Program-made: the position numbers and the translations under genes
DNA from: Octopus vulgaris
Lineage: Eukaryota
NCBI GenBank assembly: GCA_951406725.2
Contig: OX597817.1
Location: forward strand, 76,446,001-76,510,000
Direction: 5' to 3'
DNA length: 64,000 nt
Shown: positions 1 to 10,769 of the stretch, one piece after another
How the letters are laid out: each line of letters begins with the position of its first letter
Numbering within the stretch: position 1 is the first letter of the stretch
The notes under the pieces: model-generated
Seen by the model: the letters and a program-made list of their open reading frames with translations, nothing else
What the model was told of the DNA's origin: nothing
Database searches by the model: none

Positions 1-386
1 CAATTCTGATCAAGTATTAGGTATAAGAAAATTTGGTTGTTATTTCTAGTTGAACGGACGACCACATAGATTTCTCCAATTGGATCGTGTAATGTGGTAT
101 GGTGATACTAAGAGACACTATGCGGTAGACGTCAAACGATATGTTTCAAAATAGCGTCTTTGAGGTTCTTTGTTCAAATATTTTACTATCAGACTTAATT
201 TTTCTCTCCCCATCTCGAGTGATAATTAACTGAAATTAATTAACACCCACGTGGTTAATTATTTCAGAGCAAACAACGAAACATTAATAAAGTTGCAATA
301 AATGAATATATGAATACACATACTCAAACGTATATACATACATATATACATACATACATATATACATGTGTATATATTTATATATA

Positions 387-429
<43 letters not shown>

Positions 430-432
<3 letters not shown>

Positions 433-1230
433 TGTTTATTTGATGTGAAGTTATACATGAAAACCAGTCAACATTGAAGTGAAAGATTACTCAATACTTT
501 TTCGTTGAGTACATATTTATTAAACTTTACAAAGAAAATACTGACAGTAACTTCGAAGCTTTTGCTTGCTTGCCTTCATCAGACTGTACTTTACCGGAGT
601 TGTGTCTGGCCTCATATGATCTTGGTCAAGTTGTTTTATTTTTCGTAGCATGTAGCGATGTGTATGATAATTCAGTATATGATATCGGTGAACCAGGGTG
701 TGGTTACGTAGGAAGTGGAGACAGAGGAGTAGGGGAGAAAATTATTTATCTGTAAGGTGTGAGTTTATAGACAGTTATGGTGAGCAGATTTATTTTGGTT
801 TGGTATGAGAATTTTTTCATGATTTACGATTCAGTCAGTTCTGGACGTAAAGGTATAAAGGTGTTAATAGGAATTGTCAACTTAAAGCCTTGACATATTT
901 TTGGAGAAAGTTGGTTTCTCTCGTATTATACTGTCCACAAAAAATGCTTAGAGATACACCAGTTGGTCACACAGCATAGGCTGACTGAGATTTAGTTAGT
1001 GTTCGTGGTATATGATTTCCATAAAGAAATTTTAAACTGAATGTCTTGGTAGGATCAGGAGACTATCTTCGTATGAATATTTATTCGGATTTTCTTGTCT
1101 GTTTCTAGCTTGGTTACTTGTATTCATATAAGTGTAGATAAATGTAGGCAGATGAATGTCTGACATAGTCTCTAAGTCTATATGAATGCAAAAGGATGAT
1201 AAATTTTTCATAGGTCTATTTATGTGTGTG
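430..1230 (-). mobile_element. Possible decayed Penelope-like 3' remnant with a degenerate hammerhead motif at ~545-587
   Basis: Minus strand reads acagt-CTGATGA-a-ggc...gcttc-GAA-gtt-actgt, then AATAAA, and ends at a (TA)n tract. The GAAA/stem III part is incomplete and upstream coding similarity is weak. Confidence 0.3.
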
Positions 1231-1307
1231 TGTAAGCAATACATAAATGCAACAATATATATGCATTACCACACACATATACATCTGCATATGTATATAT
1301 ATGTATA

Positions 1308-2001
1308 CGAGAGGGTACCCAAAAGTAACCGGAAACGTCCTCTGCGGGCCAAGCCCGTTGTAGTTTGGGCTACCGCTACTAGAAGCCACTTGATGCAGCC
1401 CTCAGGCATCTGCCTGCCGACCAGTGTCGTCCTCTGAGGTCGTACTGCCACGTGGTGCGTCTTTGTTTTGCAGTACTTTTCCCCTGTTTGCCGATTTTTG
1501 AAACGTTTGAATAGCATAGATCTGTGAAAACGGCGGCCATAACAGTTGTTTTTCTTCAAACAGCTTACAAGGGTGCTGCCATGAGTAAAACACAAGTTTA
1601 CGAGTGGTTTTCATGCTTTATGAATTGTGATTAGTCGTTTGAAGACCAATCTCGTTCAGGACGACCGTCGAGCTCCAAAATGAATGAAAACATCATGAAA
1701 GTTCATGAACTGATATTGAAAGACCGTCACTGAACAATTGACGAACTTATTGATATGACTGGAGCGTCCTGGAGCTCCTGCCAACGAATTTTGAGCGAGT
1801 AATTACGAATGAAAAGAGTTGCAGCGTTAGAAGGCATCACTTCGCAAGAGTTCCTGCACTGATTCGGACTGTGGAAAACGCGTCTGGACCAATGCATTGC
1901 TTGAAATGGAGAACACTTTGAAGGAGAGAAAAGTGTAAACATGTAAAACTAAATGAATAAAATAACTTGCAAAATTCCGGTTTCTTTTGGGTACCTCCTC
2001 G
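1308..2001 (+). mobile_element. Internally deleted Tc1/mariner element (mariner family)
   Basis: TIRs cgagagggtacccaaaagtaaccggaa / ttccggtttcttttgggtacctcctcg, with TA on the left flank. Decayed N-terminal HTH region (LQTAYKGAAMSKTQVYEWF..EDQSRSGRP..LRMKRVAA) is joined directly to the C-terminus (WKTRLDQCIA*NGEHFEG); the catalytic domain is absent. Confidence 0.9.
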
Positions 2002-2002
2002 A

Positions 2003-2003
<1 letters not shown>

Positions 2004-2035
<32 letters not shown>

Positions 2036-2113
2036 TGTATGTATGTATGTATGTATGTATGTATGTATGTATGTATCTATGTATGTATGTATGTATGTAT
2101 CTATGTATGTATG

Positions 2114-2164
<51 letters not shown>
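2004..2164. repeat. (TATG)n + (TA)n compound microsatellite
   Basis: Directly visible. Confidence 0.95.
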
Positions 2165-2166
<2 letters not shown>

Positions 2167-2722
2167 GGAGCAAATAATTCCCGAGAACATATTTGTGAAG
2201 GTATCACTGATGCTATTATCTAGTGTAATAATTTAAAGATAATAATAACAGAATCAATAATATAGGCGATTATAGGTCCCAAAAAAGCACTAAATAGCTC
2301 AAAGATTAAAATTAATCAAAGGACATACTAAGTTTGTCTACCTGCTAGAAATAACAGTCAAAACTCTTATTGAAATCGCCAAAATACTCTGATAATAACT
2401 ACAGAAATCAACTGTCCGAAGATAAACGGACCAAGACAATCTCTCAGCATACATTCAATTATTTGGACTCACGTGAACCGGTTTCTGGACTGGCATAATA
2501 GCCTCACTTTCCTCAGCACGCGTTACCATGATAGAAAGCTACCAACCCATCACATTGAAGTCCGTGCTACAACCGATTCGTTTTACGCCGAATATTGGCA
2601 GCCACCAGTGTGAAAATAATTTCAATACGGAGCAAATAATTCACGAAAAAATATTTCTGAAGATCTCATTGACTCTATTATTATCTAGTGAAAAATGATA
2701 GAATAAATAATATAGGCGATTG
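2164..2722 (-). mobile_element. Non-coding hammerhead-bearing element with ~100-bp direct terminal redundancy (PLE pLTR / retrozyme-like)
   Basis: tacggagcaaataattc...aataatataggcgatt occurs at 2164 and again at 2626 (period ~462). Hammerhead-like motif at 2470-2522. Abuts (TA)n. Related sequence recurs at 37440-37920. Confidence 0.65.
2470..2522 (-). ncRNA. Minimal type I hammerhead ribozyme-like motif
   Basis: cgcgtg-CTGAGGA-aagtgaggctattatgccagtcca-GAAA-ccgg-TT-cacgtg: 6-bp stem I, intact core, palindromic stem III (AACCGGTT). The base of stem II pairs poorly. Confidence 0.6.
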
Positions 2723-2816
2723 CCTATATGAAATTGAGTAAAGTTACAACTTTATCTGCTTTCGAACATTTTTAATTCAATCGGTGGGAATCTTCTGCAA
2801 TTTGTTTATCTTCATA

Positions 2817-3207
2817 CTAGCAGTATCGCCCGGCGTTGCTCGGGTTTGTAAGGGAAATAACTATATAAGCATTTTAGAGAGTTATAGCCAAAAAATAGCA
2901 AAAAATTGCATTAAAAATGGAAACAAATGATGGTAAATATTTTTATAAATCGTTGACTCATTGTAGACATTTTTAGAGAGTTACTTCCCTTATATAATGG
3001 CGAAAAAATGCATTAAAATGGAAAAAATGATGGTAATTTTTTTTTTAAATCGTAGACTCATCGTAGACGCGCGCTAATACCCAGAAGGGCTCGATATGAA
3101 TCACGACTATAAGATACCCGGTTTTGGTTAAACTGCACCGCAAAATGTGGGAGTAGTTAGGAATCTAAATCGTAGGAGACAGACACACAACTTCACTTTA
3201 TATATAA
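2817..3207 (-). mobile_element. Non-autonomous Helitron-like element
   Basis: Minus-strand 3' end is a cccg-agcaacgc-cggg hairpin, ~8 nt, then CTAG followed by T. The 5' end lies in a TA tract. Internal ~100-bp tandem duplication (about 2870-2965 and 2968-3066). Confidence 0.7.
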
Positions 3208-3445
3208 ATATATATATATATATATGTGTGTGTGTATGTATATATATATATGCACACATACACACATATAGATTCCCATACTTATCTAGGCTACTTTTCA
3301 ATTTTTGTATTATTTTATATTATATTATATTTTGCAATGTTGTAAAAATATTATATTTCACAAAATATAATATGATATAAATTAATATAATATAATATAA
3401 TATAATATAATATAATATAATATAATATATATATATATATATATA

Positions 3446-3688
3446 TCTTTTACTGGTTTCAGTCCAGGGCTGAGTCATGCTGGTGCACCACCTGTAGTAA
3501 CTTGGTGTTGTTTGTGGTATTGTTTTTGGTGAAGTAGCAAGTTGGACGGAGCTACTCTTCTTCGTGTCTCCTGCCGCGATGAAGGTTCATCTGGTATCTC
3601 AGATAGAAACTTGTCCGGGCGTTCCTTGAAAACTTCCACATCAACACTGTAAGGTTGTCTGGCAGGATGTTGAACAATTGTGGGCCCA
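3446..3688 (-). mobile_element. CR1-type LINE 3' fragment
   Basis: Minus translation GPQLFNILPDNL..DVEVFKERPDKFLSEIPDEP (CR1-like ORF2 C-terminus), followed by a short 3' UTR ending gactgaaaccagtaaaaga. Confidence 0.7.
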
Positions 3689-4650
3689 TTTATTTATGTG
3701 TGCATATGTGTACGTTTAGATACATTTATTCCATGTTTAACGTTGTGTATAAGAAAGTGTAGCTGTGTGACAGTTTTGTCACATACACACACACACACAC
3801 ACGGCTGCACACATATAGAAACACAAGCACATACACATCCTGGACGCTTTCCCCACTCATATACATACCATTTCGCATTCACCTTTCCCTATTGAGACAT
3901 GTGCAGTCATGTTTTCCTCACTCAGTCTGCAATCACTTGGATATCAAAATAATTTACAATTAAATCATTTGGTGGTGAAGGACTTCAGATCATTAAATAT
4001 ATAGCTTTTACTGTTTTTAACTTGTTTTGGCATTTATCTACCAACTCTGAACGCATAGAGACTCAAACTACCGTCTGAATTTTGTACTGTTTTCAAATCT
4101 TTGAGGCTAGAAAGAAGAGAGAGAAGAGTATTTTGCCCGACTTGAAAAACTGACAAGTGTTTAACTATATACCTTCGTTCCCTCGCGCATTTATGCTAAT
4201 CGTTTTGCGCAGTGTCTCATTAATTAATGTTGTTGAAAAAAGAAAGTTACGAACTGTTTTATGTGTACCCACTAACATGCACACGCTCACATACGCATAT
4301 GTACTTAAAAATACAACGACGCTTCGCTGACAAATTGCAATTACGCACGTATGCGTGTACATACACACTCTCGCATGCACGCACACACACACATACGCAC
4401 ACACATACACATCCATAAACCCACCCACACACATACCCACAGAGGCATGCACACATACACACGTATAGATTCCCATACTTGTCTAGGCTACTTTTCAATT
4501 TTTGTATTATTTTATATTATACTAGCAGTATTCCAACCTTGTCTGATTTTCACGTTTTATTTACAATCTTATAATGATATATTATAAGATAATATATTAT
4601 AATTGAATAAAATAAAATGAAATAGTAGAATGTTAAATATTCATTCTGAT

Positions 4651-4695
4651 TGAACTAGTACTTTCATGCATTGAATTCTGCAATCTTCGGGTTCA
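4651..4695 (-). ncRNA. Minimal type I hammerhead ribozyme (U4C variant) in the PLE pLTR
   Basis: tgaac-CCGAAGA-t-tgca-gaattcaa-tgca-t-GAAA-gtac-TA-gttca: perfect 5-bp stem I, 4-bp stem II, palindromic stem III (AGTACT). Confidence 0.8.
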
Positions 4696-5189
4696 TGTAG
4701 TAGTGTTGACAGTCATGCTTCACAATTTTTGACTGTAGCGAGATGAGTGATTCTGTGCTATAAATACAGCTGGGTAGGCTCCAGAGTGCTAGGTTTTGCA
4801 AACTGTATTCTGACCAATCAGTGTGTAGTATCACTCAATTACTTAAGCTGATTGGTTGGTTGAGCTGATTGGTTTAGGCATCACGCTTTGTTGGACAGGT
4901 CAAGAGTCCTGTATCTTGACCCTGGCCGAAGCAGCAATTGTTGGGTTATTTTTAGAAATGTTGTAAATATCCTTTGTCAGAGATTTTTATATTTTTATAT
5001 TTCAATTGTCATCATCATCATTGTCAGCACCTTAATTATTGTTGCTAGTGGTGATGGTGGTGGCAATAGAACTTTTAACCCTAAATAAGATAATTTTCCT
5101 GCTATCTTCGTCTTGATCACCTTTAGTATTGTTGTTGTTGTTAGTGGTCATGGTCGTAGCAGTGGAAGTAATACCTCTAAGTATTATTA

Positions 5190-5774
5190 TTATTGCTTAT
5201 TTAGCTTGGGTTCGAATTTATCAATAAAATTCTTTTCTCTGATTTTCCTCTCGATTTCACTTGGGCTGTGTAATTTGTAGAATGGAAATATTATATATAT
5301 TTTCCGACCACATGTTGCTAGGTGGTTACTCAAAGGTATCTGACGGACCTCTGGGTCTCTAATCTGTTGCCGGTGTACACGTGAGCGTTCTAATAGTGCG
5401 TTTCCCGTCTGACCTACATATATTTCTTCACAATTTGGGCATTTGATGCAGTAAATTAAATTTCTGCTTTTGCAGTTCATATTCGCGTTTGTGAATATTT
5501 TCCCGGTTTTTGTGTTTATATATTGACCGGTATGTATGAATTGGCATGTGCCACATCGGCTATCATTGCATTTAGATACCGTGAATGTTTGGTCTTTGTT
5601 GCTGAGGTCAAATTTTGCCTTTGTTAGTAATGTTTTCAAGTTTTTAGGCTGTCTTTTACTAAGCACCATAGCTCGATCCTTGATTATGTCTTTTAATTCA
5701 TTACTTTGGGCAATGATTGGTAGGTTTGCTTTGGCAATGTTGAAGATATTCTGGTGACATGGGTTGTGTGTCAC
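5190..5774 (-). CDS. PLE linker plus GIY-YIG endonuclease domain (truncated; Cys-rich linker as in Neptune-like PLEs)
   Basis: KRQPKNLKTLL, CNDSRCGTC, NLIYCIKCPNCEEIYVGQTGNALLERSRVH, RKIREKNFIDKFEPKLN. The frame is open but lacks RT and a real start codon. Confidence 0.85.
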   Translation of the reverse strand: MTHNPCHQNIFNIAKANLPIIAQSNELKDIIKDRAMVLSKRQPKNLKTLLTKAKFDLSNKDQTFTVSKCNDSRCGTCQFIHTGQYINTKTGKIFTNANMNCKSRNLIYCIKCPNCEEIYVGQTGNALLERSRVHRQQIRDPEVRQIPLSNHLATCGRKIYIIFPFYKLHSPSEIERKIREKNFIDKFEPKLNKQ

Positions 5775-5790
5775 TATGAATGGTATATAT

Positions 5791-6370
5791 ATATTTAAAC
5801 ATAATATATATAGGGCAATAATAAATTATTATTACCAGTGGCCTAGCACAACGAATTAGTCATTAGACTATATATTATTCATATAGAAATACAATAAGAG
5901 GCTTCCAAATAGGAAAACGTTGTGCTAGAAAAAGCAGTAGAAATCTCAAAGCCACACGAAAAGGATAAATTCTCGAAAGGAATGAAAATTAAAAACGTTT
6001 ACCATCTCAACTATTTCCCAGACCATGGTTTCTAACTATTTCCATCAAAAAATATTCACTGAAGGCCAGTTTTCATCAGTGGGATAGCCTTTAGATTTCA
6101 AACATAAAGACCGCCAGATCCTCACGTAGAACTAACGGTTTGTATATCCTAACTTTTCAAACCACTGCGCAGACGCAGATTATACCCGGCGGCATAGAGG
6201 ATGCCGGTAAAAATTTCGAACAAATTTATCAAACAATATTTAAACATAATACATAATACATAGGGCAATAATAACGCTTTCCTATTTGAAAGCCTCTTAT
6301 TGTATTTCTATATGAATAATATGTAGTCTAATGACTAATTCGTTTTTTGTGCTAGGCCACTGGTAATAAT
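5791..6370 (-). mobile_element. Non-coding hammerhead element with direct terminal redundancy and an inverted 5' segment
   Basis: 5791-5824 is repeated at 6236-6274. 5828-5920 is the reverse complement of 6273-6370. Hammerhead at 6016-6084. Ends in (TA)n. Confidence 0.8.
6016..6084 (-). ncRNA. Type I hammerhead ribozyme, canonical core, GUC cleavage triplet
   Basis: tccca-CTGATGA-a-aact-(30-nt loop)-agtt-a-GAAA-ccatgg-TC-tggga; palindromic stem III (ACCATGGT). Confidence 0.85.
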
Positions 6371-7165
6371 GTCTAAGGAAGATGTCTAAGTACTGCTAGA
6401 TCATGTGAATTCTATAAAGCCATCCATACAATTCACAATGGAAAAGGAAAAAAATCAGTTAGCATTCCTAGATGTATTAATAACACGCGCTAAGCATGGG
6501 TTCAGGACATCCGTATACCGCAAGCCAACCTTTAGTGGACGATACCTTAACTTCAATTCCTACCATCCATACAGTGTAAAGAGAGGGATTACTCAGTGCC
6601 CGAAATATTGGACAAAGAATATAAATAGCGATCCTGATACACACCACGAAGAAATGATGAAGCTAAGTAACAATCTATTAAGCAACAACTACACCAAAAA
6701 ACATACTACCCACTCCAATCAGAAAGAGGAGAGAGCATGAAACCCATTAACTGACAACAGCCTGTCTACCCTATGTGAAAGGCTTTTCGGAAAAGATACA
6801 TAAGATATGCGGTCCGTATAGAAGAGAATATAACCAAAAGCTGTGTGTGCTTCATCCCATGCAGTTGTGGTAGGTTATTCAAAGGCGAAACATGCTGCCA
6901 ACTCAAAATAAGGGTGGTGGAACGTAAAAAAGCTGTGACACGAGGAGATATTGAAAAATCGGGTATAGCTGATCATGTATGGAAAAACGGAGACTACCTT
7001 TCCTTGTGGGATAAAGTTAAAATAACAGACAGAGAACACCACTGGAAAATACGAAGAGACAACAAATATGCTAGAATACATTAACCTCCTAAGCATACCT
7101 AGTGCAGATATGAGTTGAATATGGGAACCGGTATTAAGGAAGGATGCAAAAATATTAAGTTTATA
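6371..7165 (+). pseudogene. Decayed Penelope-like RT thumb plus GIY-YIG fragment (Penelope/Poseidon-like)
   Basis: IQFTMEKEKNQLAFLDVLI..TSVYRKPTFSGRYLNFNSYHP, then IPCSCGRLFKGET..LKIRVVERKKAV..SGIADHVW; frameshifts and deletions. Confidence 0.85.
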
Positions 7166-7194
7166 AACCCTAAATTCACTCTATAATTGCCCAT

Positions 7195-7267
7195 GGGCAT
7201 ATAGCGTAATGGTTAAGAGCGTGAGCTACTAACCCCATGATTCCCACTTCAGTTCCAGGCAGTGCCT
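7195..7267 (+). other. tRNA-like (Pol III promoter-like) segment just 3' of the PLE ORF; not an intact tRNA gene
   Basis: gggcat...gtgcct acceptor-like stem, A box TAGCGTAATGG, degraded T-arm/B box (cttcagttcc). Confidence 0.55.
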
Positions 7268-7273
7268 TGAATA

Positions 7274-7315
<42 letters not shown>

Positions 7316-8879
7316 AATAATGATAACATACCTCAGGAATGAGAACCTAGGGTTGAGTTCAAAAATTCTACCAAGACTATCTGGAGAGTAAATCAGCGGA
7401 AACGTTATGGTTACAACATACAAGATGAGGACACACACAGGTCCAATGAAAATAATGTAAATAATATATATATATATATATATATGCTCTACTAATGCAT
7501 ATTGAGTTCGATTCTTGCTGCTCTCTCTCTCTCTCTCTCTCTCTCTTTATATATATATATATGTGTGTGTGTGTGCGTATAATATATGTATACTTGTGTG
7601 TATTTATGCGTGTATACGTTAAGTATCTATGTATAGTGACAGACATACTGTGAGTGAGAGAAAGAAGAAAGGAAAAGATATATATATGGATTATGTCATT
7701 TCTTTAGATTAACTTTAAGCTTCTTAGTAAATTAATTAGTTATTTTATCAGCTGAAATGAAGTTACAAATTAGTTTTTCAAACTACACCTACTATTTTAT
7801 CTTGTATGTATCTGTAAATATTCTTTTTTATTTATTTATCACTCTTGTCAGGAAAAGACATTGGTTTTGAAATGAATTTTGCTATTTCAATTTTCTCTTA
7901 TATGTATTAACTCTGTCAAGCACAACAGAAAAGTTAGAAGATTAGAAATATATGTAAGCTTCTGGTTTTCTAGATCCTGACACTGTATAGATTCTTATAG
8001 TTAAAGTTATTTTGACTTTAGATACACTAATAGTAAGTTTCTCTTTTGTGATTTTAGTCCTTTGCCTGAAATATGTATCAGGTGATACACAAGACTATAT
8101 TTTCTTGGCGTCTAGGCATCATATGCAATACACATTTCATATTTTTGAAACCTAGAATGTAACTCGGGTCTTATGAAAAAGAAGTTTTATATTGCTCAGA
8201 ACGGATGAAACAAGGACTTACTTAAGGTCTGAAGACAAGCGTGGACGCCTAGGACAAACTCATGAAAATGCATTGGACAGGCAAAAGGTTATATGGTAAT
8301 ATTGAGGTGACTGATTAAGCATCAAAGAAATTGGGTTAAATGCATGAATATCACAAGTGCTAGTTTTCCTGTCCCACAGAACCTTTCCAGCTTAATAAGA
8401 AACCTATATCATGTGTGGTGCTGTACATGGTAGATGGGTAATAAGGTCAGAATGGACTGAGGCTGTTACAACGTGAGTTTTTTTCGAAGGAGAAAACATT
8501 TCTCTCAAGCTATGCTAAAGAAAATAATTGTTGAAAATAGATGAACACCCTAAATCTAGTTCACCCTTACTTTAAAATATAGTGTTTTGGCAACATTAGC
8601 AAAAAAAAAATGTATGAACAAAAATACAAAAAAAAAATTTTAAGTAAGCGATAAAAGTGACAGAGGAAATAGTAAGCATCTGATGAGTCAAATCTACAGT
8701 GCACACTCAAATCTCAATTTAGGATATTATTCTTCCGCTTATGTCATAAAAAATCCTGAAAAAGAATAATCCTTGCTTCCTTAATTAGATATAGTTTAGT
8801 TCAGTTTCAATCTTACGAATGAGTTATAACTCTACAGTTTTCCTTAGGATAACGAGTTTCTCTGTTTTTAGTATGCTAC

Positions 8880-9205
8880 GTGAAGGTACGTGACTTAGTA
8901 GTTAGAGTTTTCGGCTCATGATCGTATGGTCATGAGTTCGATTTTCATTGGCGCGTTGTGTTCTTGAGCAAGATATTTTATTTCACGTTCCTTCAATCCA
9001 CTCAGCTGGCAAAGATGAATTGTTCCTGTATTTCAAAGGGCCAGCTTTATCACATTCTGTATCACGCTCAATCTCCCTGAGATCTATATTAAGGGTTCAC
9101 GTGTCTGTGGAGTGCTCAGCCACTTTTACATTAATTTCTCAAGCTGAGTCTTCCATTGATCGGATCAACTGAAACCCTGAACCTCGTAACCGATGGAGTG
9201 TCAGT
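8880..9205 (+). mobile_element. tRNA-derived SINE (CORE-like central domain)
   Basis: A box tgacttagtagttag, B box gagttcgattt, then ttgtgttcttgagcaag...tttcacgtt...ccactcagctgg. Related copies at 29905-30152, 32170-32305 and 55490-55790. Confidence 0.75.
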
Positions 9206-10639
9206 TCATTATGCTATATTGAAATATATTCGAAATAGAGTAGAAAAGCTGACTCGTTGACTTTCCTCTGTTTTCCTAATTCTTTTTTTTTTTTTTTTTC
9301 ATAGAAAATACTTGAATTAAATAAACATCGTGTTTCAATTTAGCTATAACGTACATGAAGACTTGTACCGAAATGTTGGAGGTTTGTATTCTGTGAGCAA
9401 AACTGACAGCTTGTTATTTCTGTGGGAAAATATACTTTAAAATCTCAATTTGGTTCTCACCGAAATCTGTAAATCTCACCGAAAAAGGTAGGGGAAAAAG
9501 ATCGCAGTAAACCGCAGCAGGGGCATTGAGAAATTAATAACTATTTAGTTAATTGTAGTGATTGGTCAAAACCTTCTTTAGATACAAGTGTGTGAGAAAA
9601 CAACCTGGCCAAAATCTTCGGATATAAGTGAGTGAGGAAACAATCAAGGAGAGAGATTCAACGAGGTCGCACAATCTGTTGGAAACAGCAGCAAGAGCCG
9701 CCTCAATTTTTGCTCTATCATCACAAATAAAAAGATACTACATTAAAAAGTAAGCCTGTTATAAGCAAAAAGACGAGATTGTTATGTCTGGAATGGCTTT
9801 GATCATAATTCTTCCTATTTTGAGCTAACGTGAACTTAAACAATTTACTTTCTGTGCCGTCAAATTCATGAATGATCCCCGGAGTCTCCTTTGACAAATG
9901 CTTTAGGTTAGTCGTGGGATTTTTATGGAAGAATACTAAGGTGGCTTTTTGTTACCTTCTATTGGGTATATTCTTTTGGGTATATTTGTTTTTTCAAGAC
10001 ATCATTTTGTCGTCTAAATACAGACAAGTTCTCCACAAGCGATTATACACCCAGAACGTAAAAATCGGGAACAAATAAAGCGATGCATTTTATCCAACGA
10101 TCATACATTTCCACCAGTTATACCTCTCAAGATCGGTATATTTCCATATTGATCCCGAAAGGGTAAAATATAAAATTAAGCTGGGTGTGATTTGAACATA
10201 GAGAGTAGAGAACCTGAACAAATATTGTAAGGCATTTTGTCCAACAATCTAATAATTCTACTGATTCACCGCTCTGTACCAATACTTTATTTTACAGAAC
10301 TCCAAAATGATATAAAACCAAGTTGATCTCGTCGAGGTTTGAACGCAAAATTTAAAGAACCTGAATAAATACTTGTTTCTCATTTAGGCAAAAGGCCAGC
10401 AATTTTGTGGGGTGGAGCTAGTCGCTACCATCAACCACAGTATCTGATAGGTACTTTATTTCATTGATCCTGAAAGGATGACAGGGGATTTGGACTTCCG
10501 AGGGATTTGAAACTACAACGTAAACAATGCGACAAAGCAAATAACAAAAACAAACACATGTCATGGGGATGGGGCTCTTTTAAGCTGACCTATCCAAAGT
10601 GCTCCACATAAAATATTACTCAATGATATTTCTACTTTT

Positions 10640-10769
10640 CACTAATTTATGCGACTCTTCTGCAAGTCACTAATTCATGTGACTCTTCTACAAGTCACTA
10701 ATTTATGCGACTCTTCTACGATTCGCTAATTTATGTGTCTTTTCTATGATCCACTAATGAATGCGAGTC
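10640..10769. repeat. 28-bp minisatellite, ~4.5 copies
   Basis: Unit cactaatttatgcgactcttctRcaagt, increasingly diverged to the right. Confidence 0.85.

Larger units (their letters stand above)
4465..5783 (-). mobile_element. 5'-truncated Penelope-like retroelement (GIY-YIG domain plus 3' pseudo-LTR)
   Basis: GIY-YIG ORF, then CCAAT-like motifs (4815-4875), a hammerhead at 4651-4695, and an end at a CA/TA tract. The terminal ~55 bp is also present at 3268-3325. Confidence 0.85.

Noticed and set aside
7195-7267. Functional tRNA gene
   Set aside because: T-arm/B box is degraded and the anticodon stem pairs poorly; kept only as tRNA-like.
8678-8715. CTGATGA hammerhead core
   Set aside because: No GAAA/stem III or closing stem I downstream. 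The isolated cores near 16720, 26963, 59250 and 61434 fail in the same way.
10640-10769. CRISPR-like array
   Set aside because: Contiguous 28-bp units with no unique spacers; eukaryotic context; no cas genes.
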